The position numbers and the translations under genes were made by a program. A stretch of 63,659 bases of DNA, counting the filler, from Barthelona sp. PAP020 (taxonomy: Eukaryota): the NCBI GenBank assembly GCA_040182905.1. It is 11 parts of 11 records of this genome, joined end to end, with 100 filler letters (N's around TTAATTAATTAA, not from the genome) between each part and the next. Parts side by side here need not be neighbours in the genome. Positions count along the whole stretch, not along the records: positions 5,879 to 11,652 come from JARQWU010000583.1; positions 11,753 to 17,520 come from JARQWU010000584.1; positions 17,621 to 23,351 come from JARQWU010000585.1; 8 more parts are not named here. One strand, given 5' to 3'. A model generated the notes under the pieces. It ran no database searches, had not been told where the DNA came from, and worked only from the letters and a program-made list of their open reading frames with translations. Below are positions 11,546-21,165 of the stretch, piece by piece (position 1 is the stretch's first letter; each line of letters begins with the position of its first letter).

Positions 11546-11652
11546 TTTCAGCCTTCACAATATAAATAACTCCATCTTTTCTTCTTTTTCACGCCTCATC
11601 CAACTAAAAACAAATTCAAAAACAAATGTTATTTATGAAATTGAGCAAAAAT

Positions 11653-11752
11653 NNNNNNNNNNNNNNNNNNNNNNNNNNNNNNNNNNNNNNNNNNNNTTAA
11701 TTAATTAANNNNNNNNNNNNNNNNNNNNNNNNNNNNNNNNNNNNNNNNNNNN
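11653..11752. other. Artificial contig linker
   Basis: N44-TTAATTAATTAA-N44. Confidence 0.99.
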
Positions 11753-11753
11753 A

Positions 11754-11846
11754 GTAACTGAAAAGGATTTCTTGGATGCTATTAATAAAGTTGTGAAAGG
11801 ATATGCCAAATTTTCAGCAACTCCCAAGTATTTATTGCATTTGTAA
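11754..11846 (+). CDS. PSMC2: 26S proteasome ATPase Rpt1/PSMC2, C-terminal fragment
   Basis: Hand-translated [30 protein letters not shown], matching the Rpt1 C-terminus. Confidence 0.85.
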   Translation, partial: VTEKDFLDAINKVVKGYAKFSATPKYLLHL

Positions 11847-12228
11847 TGTGTTTTAGTTGTGATTGTCATGTGAATGTTGTAAATAATCATTTCTGTGTTT
11901 TGTTCTATTTTTATAAAGCGAATTTTTTGGATAGTTGTTTTTTCCCTAAATTTTTTCGCTTTTTGATTTGAACCAGAATTAATTTTGTCGTTTAAAGCAA
12001 GTTTCAGTAAGGTTAGCCGTTTTAGCTGAATAAAATGAGAAACCTTTTTCTATTTTACCCATATTACACCTTTTACTTTATTAACAGTAGGAAAAAAGGA
12101 CTTAGTATGTATATTTTGTGGACAATGTTGTTTTTTAAGTGTCTAAAACAATCTAAATAGCCTCTAATTAAAAAACATTTTGAAAGAACCCTTTTCCAAA
12201 TAAAAACAAACACAAATCTAATTTTTTA

Positions 12229-12966
12229 TTAACTCAGAGGTTGAATTGAAGCATAGGTACCAGGACGATACATTTCTTGTTCTAAAGCACTCTTTTTATC
12301 CAAATAATTTACTCTAACTTTAGAAATAGAATTGTGTAACTGAAGTTCGAAATCTTTAACAATTTCCTTTATGTTTTCCTTATATTGAGTTTCAACATTT
12401 GCTTTTTCAGCTTCAGCTTCTAATAATTGACTTTGACATAATCTAATTGTTTCAGTAAGTTTGCTAATCTTTGATCTTATCAAAGAAGAGTTTTGTGTGT
12501 ATTGTGAAGTCTCCAAATGCAATCTTTCTATTTTTGCAAGGTCATTTCGATGCTTTAATGTCTCTATCTGTGATTGTGAGTCCTCCCTTAATTTATTTAA
12601 TCGTTCTTGATAAATAAGCTTGGATCTTTGTTTTTTTACACGATTTCTTGCTAAAGTAAACTCTTGAGCCTTTTGTTTTAATTGTAACTCTGCTTCTAAT
12701 AACATATCATCAACATTTTTTGGTGGCGCCACAATATTATCATCAAATAATGGTAACCCATCAATTAATAATAATTCAGGTTCCATAGTATCAACATTCT
12801 CGTCTAAAAAATTTTTAACTTCATCAATAACATGATTGGACACACTGTCATTAATTCGATATTCATCTTCTGAATTTGATAGTGAAATTTCTGTTTCTTT
12901 TTCTTCTTCTATTGAATCATTTGATAATTCTATATCATTAGAATCTATTGTCCATGGATTAGACAT
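12229..12966 (-). CDS. Hypothetical coiled-coil protein
   Basis: Long ORF; likely start MSNPWT at 12966; acidic N-terminus followed by heptad-rich region. Confidence 0.65.
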   Translation of the reverse strand: MSNPWTIDSNDIELSNDSIEEEKETEISLSNSEDEYRINDSVSNHVIDEVKNFLDENVDTMEPELLLIDGLPLFDDNIVAPPKNVDDMLLEAELQLKQKAQEFTLARNRVKKQRSKLIYQERLNKLREDSQSQIETLKHRNDLAKIERLHLETSQYTQNSSLIRSKISKLTETIRLCQSQLLEAEAEKANVETQYKENIKEIVKDFELQLHNSISKVRVNYLDKKSALEQEMYRPGTYASIQPLS

Positions 12967-13274
12967 CAAAAAACAAACAATTACCCAAAATATATGATAA
13001 AGATTCTTTCCCTTTTTTGACTTCATTCGTTCAAAAAGAGAACTCTTTTTGTGCTCTCATTTATTTATCATCTCTCGATTATATGTGATAAAATATTGAA
13101 TAATCTCCTTTTTTTTAAATATTTATCTCTTACTAAAGCTTCAAATATCCCAAACAACAAAGAAACATTAATAACAAAACTGTTCACCAAATTAAATCAT
13201 TTATATTGTAAAACCATCAAAAAAAACGATATTCAGAAAAAAAAGATTCTTAACTGCAGAATCATCAAAAAGGA

Positions 13275-16200
13275 TCACCATTCAGTGTACTTGGCAACCC
13301 AACCCTTAGGATTCATACGAATCAGTAATTTTCTGACCTCGTCATACACAACAATGATGAAGAAGAAAGGCCATCCCGGTAACAGATATTTGGCATCTAA
13401 GGGTTCAGTAAAAAGAACAGTATTCAAAACAGGAGCATAAACGAACAACATACCCAAAAGAGTTTCAGAAATGATACCCATAATGGACCAAGTATTGTTA
13501 CACATGCCATGTTGACAAGCATTTTGAGTTCTGGTACGACATATGATTAAGTCGGCATATTGTACGACAATAATAGAAACAAAATAAGCAGTTTGAGCTT
13601 GTCTTAAAATTTTAGAACGATCAACATAAGTCAAGGACTTCCAAAGAATATCCTTGTTGTAAAAATCGGAAGCAGAAAAGAACAAATCTCCTGGAGAAAT
13701 ACCGTGATCACTAAAAACAACAAAGTAAGTGAAGAAACCAGCCAAAAATTGGATGAGACCAATTTGTAGGTAAGAGAATGAAATCAATTTGGCATTGACA
13801 AGGCGATCTTCTCTTGTTCTAGGAGGTCTATCCATCAAATTCTTTTCAGCAGTCTCTCTGGCAAAAGAAATGGCTGGTAACAAATCAGTGAATAGATCAA
13901 CACAGAGAATCATAATAGTAGACAAAGGCAATGGTAAACCAACTGTGATGAAAAATAAGAAAGGCATAATCTCTGGGATGTTAGAAGATAATGTGTAAGC
14001 AATGGACTTCTTTAGATTATCAAAGATAAGACGTCCTTCTTCAATACCGTTAACAATAGTGGCAAAGTTGTCGTCGATCAATATCATATCAGCGGCTTCA
14101 CGAGATACATCGTTGCCCGAAATGTTCATAGCAACACCAATATCAGCTTGTTGTAAAGCGGGAGAATCATTCACACCATCACCAGTGACAGCAACAATAT
14201 GATTGAGTGCTTGACAACCCTTAACAATTCTCAACTTTTGTTGAGGTGATGTTCTGGCAAAAACAATTTCAGGACACTTAAGAGCTTCTTCCAATTCTTC
14301 GTCAGTCATACTTCTTAACTTATCACCATGGATAACCAAACTGTGATCTTTCTTAGGAACATCAGAGACTGGCTTATCTTCAGAAAGAATACCAACTTTT
14401 TTGGCAATAGCTTGAGCCGTAAGGGGATGATCACCAGTGACCATAATAACTTTGACACCAGCAGTACGACACTTATTAACAGCTTCAGGAACAGCATCTC
14501 TAGGAGGATCAATAAGGGATACCAAACCCAAAAAGGTAAGGCTTTCAGCTTCAGGAATCAAAACTTCGGTGGGAGTGATCAACTCATTGAAGTCAGTTTC
14601 AGGTCTATACTTTTCAGCATCTAATAAAGTTTGAGCAAATCCTAAAACTCTCTCACCATATCCGCCCATACGATTGTAATTACATTGGAATTGCTCAGTA
14701 AAATCTTCGTTGATCTTCTTTATTCCTTCATGAGTCAAATATCTGGTACATCTTTTCATAATTCGTTCTGGAGCACCTTTCATTGTCAACAATAATTGAC
14801 CTCCTGGAACATTACATTCTTCTTCAGGAACAACATGAACAGTAACCATGAATTTATTGGTTGAATTAAAAGGTAATTCAGCAATCTTGGGATAATTTGC
14901 TCTGAACTCATCAATATTTGTAGAACTACCAGAATATCTTAAATAACCAGTTTCAGATGCATCTCCGACAATCTTGGCTTTCAAAGGATTGTTGACATTC
15001 ATCACCTCAGTGTCATCACATTCATTGGGTGAGGCAAATCTAGCACGTGAATTTAATGTAACAACTCTGAACAAGTTGACAAAAACGCTATTTTCTTCAT
15101 CAAAAGAATTATCAAACTTTCCATCAGCAAAATTGGGTGTGGTGCTGAAAAAGCCGTTATCAAAGAACAAATGAGAAACTGACATGACATTTTGAGTTAA
15201 AGTTCCAGTCTTATCAGAACAGATAACACTGGTAGATCCTAATGTTTCAACTGAATCTAAGTTACGTACTAACACATTACGTTCGGCCAAACGAACTGAA
15301 GTCAACTTCAATGATACAGTCACAGTGGCCAATAATCCTTCAGGAACATTAGCAACAATAATACCAATACCAAAAAGAACATTTTGAATGATATCATCAA
15401 CAATAAACAGTCCAGCAATAAAGAAAACAACACCTAATATAATAGCGATGGTAGAAATGATTTTCACAAAACGAGCGATTTCAATTTGCATGGTTGTCAT
15501 GTGTCCTTCGCCTTGTTTAGTTAAAGCAGCAACAGAACCAACAAAAGTGTCATCTCCAGTGGCGTATACAACACCTTTTGCGCTTCCTTCAACAGCCAAA
15601 GTACCATAAAACACAAGATTATGTGATTCAAAAAACAGGTCTGCAGATTTATTAATTCCACGAGATTGAGGCTCACTTTCTCCAGTCAAAGGACTATTAT
15701 CAACTTTCAATTGTGAGTTTTCAAATAATCTCAAATCTGCTGGAATTTTCATTCCTGATTTAACCAAAACAACATCACCAATAACCAAATTTTCAGCAGA
15801 AATAGTGGTAATTTCACCAGAACGTAAGACTTCACATTCCTGAGGTATCATTTTTAAAAACCCTTTCATAACATCTGCAGATTGAGCCTCTTGAATATAT
15901 GAAAAAATACCTGTGGCTAACACAACAAAAAGTAAAGCAAAGCAAATGTATAAATTGGCCGGATCACTACTGTCTAGGAAATAACCTACCAACGACAGTA
16001 ACGCACCTCCCCATAATAACAATGAAAAAAAACCGGTTAAATGCCCAATAAATTTGATAATTTTGCTAACCTCTTCAGGAGGTGATAAACGATTTGGTCC
16101 TTGAGCATCCAACTTAACATTAGCAATATCAACGTCCAAACCTGTGCTCAAATTAGTGTCCAAATTAGCAGAAATTTCTTCAACAGGCCAAATATGGGCC

Positions 16201-16541
16201 TCCACCTCAATCATTTCTTGAATAGCTTTTGGTTCTTCTAAAGACAAACGTCTAACTTCATCCTTTGTTAATTTGGAAGTACGACCAACAAAATCATCAA
16301 ATGAAGTACGTAATTTTTCTGCAGTAACAACCAAGCTGTCACCTTTCAATTCATCAATAATTGATGGTCTTCTTCCATCATCCTTAAGAATTAAGTCTCC
16401 ATTAAGATTATCAATGGAAGGACGATGTTGAAATTCAGGTTCAATCTTTGGGGCATTTAAAAATGCTTCAGCTTCATGTCTAGAATCATTTTCATCAGAA
16501 ATAGTTATCGCGACATCATTGGCATCAGCGATATCCGACAT
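13275..16541 (-). CDS. P2C-type ATPase (Na+/K+-ATPase alpha-like)
   Basis: VANVPEGLLATVTV, CSDKTGTLTQN, MKGAPERI, TGDGVNDSPAL, AYTLSSNIPEI, ILCVDLFTDLLPAIS. Confidence 0.93.
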   Translation of the reverse strand: MSDIADANDVAITISDENDSRHEAEAFLNAPKIEPEFQHRPSIDNLNGDLILKDDGRRPSIIDELKGDSLVVTAEKLRTSFDDFVGRTSKLTKDEVRRLSLEEPKAIQEMIEVEAHIWPVEEISANLDTNLSTGLDVDIANVKLDAQGPNRLSPPEEVSKIIKFIGHLTGFFSLLLWGGALLSLVGYFLDSSDPANLYICFALLFVVLATGIFSYIQEAQSADVMKGFLKMIPQECEVLRSGEITTISAENLVIGDVVLVKSGMKIPADLRLFENSQLKVDNSPLTGESEPQSRGINKSADLFFESHNLVFYGTLAVEGSAKGVVYATGDDTFVGSVAALTKQGEGHMTTMQIEIARFVKIISTIAIILGVVFFIAGLFIVDDIIQNVLFGIGIIVANVPEGLLATVTVSLKLTSVRLAERNVLVRNLDSVETLGSTSVICSDKTGTLTQNVMSVSHLFFDNGFFSTTPNFADGKFDNSFDEENSVFVNLFRVVTLNSRARFASPNECDDTEVMNVNNPLKAKIVGDASETGYLRYSGSSTNIDEFRANYPKIAELPFNSTNKFMVTVHVVPEEECNVPGGQLLLTMKGAPERIMKRCTRYLTHEGIKKINEDFTEQFQCNYNRMGGYGERVLGFAQTLLDAEKYRPETDFNELITPTEVLIPEAESLTFLGLVSLIDPPRDAVPEAVNKCRTAGVKVIMVTGDHPLTAQAIAKKVGILSEDKPVSDVPKKDHSLVIHGDKLRSMTDEELEEALKCPEIVFARTSPQQKLRIVKGCQALNHIVAVTGDGVNDSPALQQADIGVAMNISGNDVSREAADMILIDDNFATIVNGIEEGRLIFDNLKKSIAYTLSSNIPEIMPFLFFITVGLPLPLSTIMILCVDLFTDLLPAISFARETAEKNLMDRPPRTREDRLVNAKLISFSYLQIGLIQFLAGFFTYFVVFSDHGISPGDLFFSASDFYNKDILWKSLTYVDRSKILRQAQTAYFVSIIVVQYADLIICRTRTQNACQHGMCNNTWSIMGIISETLLGMLFVYAPVLNTVLFTEPLDAKYLLPGWPFFFIIVVYDEVRKLLIRMNPKGWVAKYTEW

Positions 16542-17062
16542 GACAAAAATAAAAAATAAATGAAAATATTTTTCAATCTCCCAGATATATTTTTTTATTT
16601 ATGGTTTGGCAAGTGTAACGGAGTTAAAAAGAATAAATTCAAAAATATTATTGAATTTTGTCAAAAAAAAAGTGCATTCTCCAAACAAAAGAATCTTTTT
16701 CTTTTTTTTAAAACCAAGAATAAATTTTGAAATTTGTTGAAAAAAAAATTTATCTGTTACAAATATCAACTAAGAAAGGGAAACGAAAATTGAAAAAGAC
16801 AAAGGCTTAACATTTTTCACAATTTAGTGAAGGGCTTTCAATTTCTGTTTTTGGTTGGTTTTATTACAAATTTCAGTGATGAAAATGAAAGTTTCCAGAA
16901 GAAAAACATGAAAATAGATCCCAGTGTTTTCTCACAAACAGAATTCACACAATCATCTTTCCAAATGAACTTTTTCATTTCCACAAGTTTAACTCAATTG
17001 GAAATGCAATGCTTTTGCCAAATTTTCATTTTTCCAAAATAAATCCTTTTTTTTAATTAATT

Positions 17063-17085
17063 TGCTGCTGCTGCTGTTGCTGCTG
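17063..17085. repeat. Short (CTG)n microsatellite, non-coding
   Basis: tgctgctgctgctgttgctgctg. Confidence 0.6.
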
Positions 17086-17220
17086 AAGGTATAATATTTC
17101 TGTGTAATATAATTATTTCAATTATGGAAAGTTTTATATCAAAGAAAGCAAAGAACCATAAGACCATTCTACCTCACCAATGTAAAAAGCAACAAGTCTT
17201 TGACACTGTTCGAGTTTCGT

Positions 17221-17257
17221 GTTCGGAGCAAAGCGGATGGATTTCACACAAAAGACA
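17221..17257 (+). repeat. Dispersed 37-bp motif, copy 1
   Basis: GTTCGGAGCAAAGCGGATGGATTTCACACAAAAGACA; 34/37 identical to copy 3 and 31/37 to copy 2. Confidence 0.85.
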
Positions 17258-17520
17258 TCTGTTAATAATGGATATCAAAATTGAAAGTGCAATGACAGCA
17301 AAGAATCAAATGATTCATGATAGTAAGGATACAAGTGTACATAGTAGGTTAACAAGGAATTATAAGGGTTCATCAAGGAAACCCAGAGAAGAACAATCAA
17401 AATTTATTGGCAAGAAGGAAAAAGGTTATTAAACTTTTGTTTAGATTTTTGAGCTGGTACAGCGAAATTTTCAACATCTGAACATATCCAACTCGTACAG
17501 GTTTCAATACTTGTACGGAA

Positions 17521-17620
17521 NNNNNNNNNNNNNNNNNNNNNNNNNNNNNNNNNNNNNNNNNNNNTTAATTAATTAANNNNNNNNNNNNNNNNNNNNNNNN
17601 NNNNNNNNNNNNNNNNNNNN
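17521..17620. other. Artificial contig linker
   Basis: N44-TTAATTAATTAA-N44. Confidence 0.99.
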
Positions 17621-17841
17621 CGTGGAGTATCATCGCCAGCAAAAGCACATCCTTGGATAGTATAAAATTGATCACGTAAAACTAAAAAACATGACTTACC
17701 CTTACCACGCACACGATGAATTCTGCAACGAATATTAAGACGTTGACCAGCAGATGCCTCATTAATTTCACTTAATGAAGTCCAAACTTTTTCAGAACGT
17801 GTCTGACTTTGATTCAAAGGAAGATCTCCAAATCTCTCCAT
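17621..17841 (-). CDS. DARS1: Cytosolic aspartyl-tRNA synthetase, N-terminal OB-fold fragment
   Basis: FGDLPLNQSQ...IRCRIHRVRGKGKSCFLVLRDQFYTIQ. Confidence 0.85.
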
Positions 17842-18005
17842 AATATTTCTTTAAAAAAAAAAAGGATAGAATTTCATTTTGACTGAAAAATTGGAAAACA
17901 TATGATTGATGTTTGTAATTTTCTTATCCATAAAAAAATAGGATGATAATAAACAGAATTTTATGAAAAAGTTTGGAAAAAATAATACAATTCTTTTGAA
18001 GCTAT

Positions 18006-19334
18006 ATGGATCAGTCAAGAGAAAAAAACCAAACATCAACCAGTTATAATCAATATAGAGGTGCAAAAGAAGTTATTAATTTGTCATCAACAAGTGGACA
18101 TGCCCGATTTTTTGAAAATATTGTAACTGGAGGATTGAAACAAGAACCAGATTCATTATTACCTTCTGGAGACCATATTAGAGATCTTTTACCACCAATT
18201 GGCTATTCAAATAGTGGTATTTCATCAGTTTGTGATGTTTTTTTCATGAGTTTTCGACCTAAATTTGAAACTGCTGATGTAGCTACTGCATTAACCTTTA
18301 CTCCAGATTGTAGTTTCATTGTTATTGGACAACAAGATGGTCACATGATGGTTTGGAGGGCTTCCGATTTTGCCTTCAGTACTGTTTTAGTTATTACAAG
18401 TTCAGAGCAATCAGGTACAAATCGTATCATCACTGGTATGGAATGGACGCATGATAATTTATTTATGATGTCTTGTGAAAAATCAGGTCTTTTGAAAGTT
18501 TTTGATTTAGCTCTTGGAAATATCCATGTTATTCGACATTTATATGATACTCAATATGGTGCGAATGATCTCTCTTTTTCTCCCACTGACAGATATGTTG
18601 CTATTGCTGCTTCGAAACAAAAAGCCGTCATTATTTTGGATTTTCGTGCTGAAGATTTTGTTGAATACAAAGAAGTTGGACAACGTACAAATGATGACAA
18701 AGGAAATAATTTTAAATTGCAAGGAAAGCATGACTATTTTGCCATTGAAACTTCTTCAGTCATTAACTCCCTTCAATGGCATCCAGAGTCATCTTTGATA
18801 GCGTGTGGTAGTGATGATGGAAAAATGATGTTGATTGACCCTCGACAAAGAAGAGTTGTACATGTATGGGTTGCACATAAGAAAAAAATATCTAAAATTA
18901 TGTGGGATAAAAAAAGTCCTTTGCAAATTTGTTCTGCTTCTGTTGATGGTTTCTTTAAGGTTTGGAATATTAAAGACTTAAGCCGACCTATTGAAACTAT
19001 CGATGTTGATTATGCCATACATGACTTTGACATACATCCAATTCACCATGACTATGTGGCTTTTGGTACATCTTACTCAATTCACAATGCCAAATCAAAC
19101 AGTTATGAATCTCAACCATTACATTATCTGAGAAGCTCACCAAATAAGCCAATTATAAAGCCTTTACAAGCAAAATTTAGACACAAAGATGAAATTAAAA
19201 AAATTGCATTTCACCCTGAAGGTATTTATTTAATCACTTGTTCTGGTGAACATGACAAAAAAATTCATGTTTGGGTTAGAGGAAGACCTAATAAAGATGA
19301 TACCAAAAGGATGGACCACAGTCAAATGATGTAA
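18006..19334 (+). CDS. WDR33: Polyadenylation factor WDR33/Pfs2 (WD40), divergent
   Basis: N-terminal DLLPPIGY motif; [32 protein letters not shown]-terminal [13 protein letters not shown]...VWVRGRP. Confidence 0.8.
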   Translation: MDQSREKNQTSTSYNQYRGAKEVINLSSTSGHARFFENIVTGGLKQEPDSLLPSGDHIRDLLPPIGYSNSGISSVCDVFFMSFRPKFETADVATALTFTPDCSFIVIGQQDGHMMVWRASDFAFSTVLVITSSEQSGTNRIITGMEWTHDNLFMMSCEKSGLLKVFDLALGNIHVIRHLYDTQYGANDLSFSPTDRYVAIAASKQKAVIILDFRAEDFVEYKEVGQRTNDDKGNNFKLQGKHDYFAIETSSVINSLQWHPESSLIACGSDDGKMMLIDPRQRRVVHVWVAHKKKISKIMWDKKSPLQICSASVDGFFKVWNIKDLSRPIETIDVDYAIHDFDIHPIHHDYVAFGTSYSIHNAKSNSYESQPLHYLRSSPNKPIIKPLQAKFRHKDEIKKIAFHPEGIYLITCSGEHDKKIHVWVRGRPNKDDTKRMDHSQMM

Positions 19335-19371
19335 ATAATTTGTTAACACATTTTTCTTTTTTATTTTTAAT

Positions 19372-19891
19372 ATGTCGGGAAAACCTAAACATCGTTTTGA
19401 TCTTACTGATGATCAACGTGAAGAAATTCGTTCTGCTTTCGCTTTGTTTGATATTGATGGATCTGGTATCTTTTTATAATGCATCTGTTCAAAACACTAA
19501 TATTTCAGGAACCATTTCCGTTAAAGAATTAAAGGTTGCCATGTTAGCTTTGGGATTTGATCCCAAAAAGGAAGAAATTAGAAGAATTACCGCCGAATTT
19601 GACCCAAACTCCACAGGTACAATTGAACACAAAGAATTTGTTGAATTGATGACACGTAAAATGTCTGAAAGGGATTCACGTGAAAGAATGGTCAAAGCTT
19701 TCCATTTCTTTGATGATGATAATACTGGTAAAATAAGTTTCCAAAACTTGAAAAGAGTTGCCGTTGAACTTGAAGAAGAAATTCCTGATGAGGATTTACA
19801 GGAAATGATTGAAGAAGCTGACCGTGATGGTGATGGTGAAGTTTCTTTGGATGAGTTTTTGAGAGTTATGCATAAAGCCCAATTATTCTAA
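19372..19891 (+). CDS. Centrin (two exons: 19372-19465 and 19509-19891)
   Basis: Spliced product [55 protein letters not shown]...[13 protein letters not shown]...[11 protein letters not shown]; four EF-hands. Confidence 0.93.
19466..19508 (+). other. Spliceosomal intron, 43 nt
   Basis: GTATCT...ACTAATATTTCAG; removing it restores the EF-hand loop DIDGSGTI. Confidence 0.92.
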
Positions 19892-20037
19892 TCGTATATC
19901 TTTTATAAATTTACTTTGTAGACGTTTGTTGTATGGTTTCCCCTTTTGTAAAACAAAAAAAAAATCTCTTTTCTTTACAAGAATCCCTTTCTATTGAAAT
20001 CGACACTTTTATACTTTTCACACAATTTTATCAACAA

Positions 20038-20556
20038 TTATTGATTATTTCTATAACCCAAATCTATATCAATTTCTTCCCTAAATTTATCCAAAAATGG
20101 TTGTGGATCATCAATGCTGAACATAAATTCTTTGTTATTTCTTGTCCTAACATGAATTCCTTTACCACTTTTCATCACATAAGCCTTTCGAAATCTTTTA
20201 GAAAATCTTATTCCCCAACCTCCACAGTGAGTCAAAGCATTGAAGGAAACATCTCTGAAAAACTCAATATCAGAAGTCTTTACGGTAAAACTACCGCAAC
20301 ACAAGTGCAATGGAAAATAATTAACACACAAAAATTCATCATCCAATGTTACAGTCAACTTCATTGAATTAAATACTGTTACACAAAGAACACAAATTCC
20401 AACGATAACTCCTAAAAATATTTCAGCAGTTCCATCAACAGCTTTGCCAATTAATATCAAACAAAATATAGAAAAACCCAAAAGAATACTTGACGAGATA
20501 ATTCTAAAGGTTTTTGATGGTCTTTGTTCTTGTTTAACTATCAATAATCCGTTCAT
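20038..20556 (-). CDS. Small 2-TM membrane protein with bacterial PH-like C-terminal domain
   Basis: Two hydrophobic helices, then LTVTLDDEFLCVNY...GGWGIRF...KAYVMKSGKGIHV...FMFSIDDP. Confidence 0.6.
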   Translation of the reverse strand: MNGLLIVKQEQRPSKTFRIISSSILLGFSIFCLILIGKAVDGTAEIFLGVIVGICVLCVTVFNSMKLTVTLDDEFLCVNYFPLHLCCGSFTVKTSDIEFFRDVSFNALTHCGGWGIRFSKRFRKAYVMKSGKGIHVRTRNNKEFMFSIDDPQPFLDKFREEIDIDLGYRNNQ

Positions 20557-20682
20557 TATCCACAAAAAATAAAGCTAACAAAAAAAAAAAAGCTTGCAAT
20601 TATTTCCAAGCCAAGAAGCACTGTGCGTATGAGTGAATAAAAAAGAATAGTGTTTATTTGATGAGACCAAATATTTTTGAAG

Positions 20683-20769
20683 AGTGCTTCGAAGCATCCA
20701 CCCAAAACGAACCAGTTCAAGTACCCCCCAAACTCTAACCGAGAACAATAAAGATCTTTATAAACATTT
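20683..20769 (+). repeat. ~87-bp direct repeat, copy A
   Basis: Matches 23003-23089; the last 45 bp are identical; contains the palindrome ATAAAGATCTTTAT. Confidence 0.9.
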
Positions 20770-20819
20770 ATTGTTAAAAAGAATAGATGAATTAAAAACA
20801 AAATTTAATCATCAATTCA

Positions 20820-20913
20820 AATTTGGTAGTTGGCTTAAAGGTGGTACTCAAAGATATTTAACTTTATTACACTTTGGTTTAATAGGTCAAGTACCATCAC
20901 AGACTACTAAATT
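20820..20913 (+). ncRNA. Candidate structured RNA or inverted-repeat element (nested hairpin)
   Basis: Pairings 20820-20830/20903-20913, 20840-20848/20890-20898 and 20849-20853/20872-20876; no family recognised. Confidence 0.3.
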
Positions 20914-21165
20914 AAAAAGAGCATTTCTAAATCCACCAGAAAATTGCTCATGTCTTGCTGATGAAACTTTCATTAAAAATTATTTTTCTTTTAAAACTAG
21001 CACTTAAATGAAGAAAAAAAAATAAAAATGAGGCTTCTTGCAAACATTTAATCTTGCACAGTAATAATGTAATAATGTGATAAAAGAGTTTGAAAAGAAA
21101 TAAACTCTTTGAGAAGAAAAAGAAAAGAAAGATTTCTTTTTCTTTTATCGAAACATTGATTTAAA

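Noticed and set aside
17124..17432. Short ORFs over the repeat regions (17124-17432, 20684-21007, 22644-22970, 23099-23320)
   Set aside because: No recognisable domains, and reading frames are not preserved between repeat copies beyond the short core.
20958..20975. CTGATGA as a hammerhead core or C/D-box signal
   Set aside because: No correctly placed GAAA with closing stems, and no matching D box.
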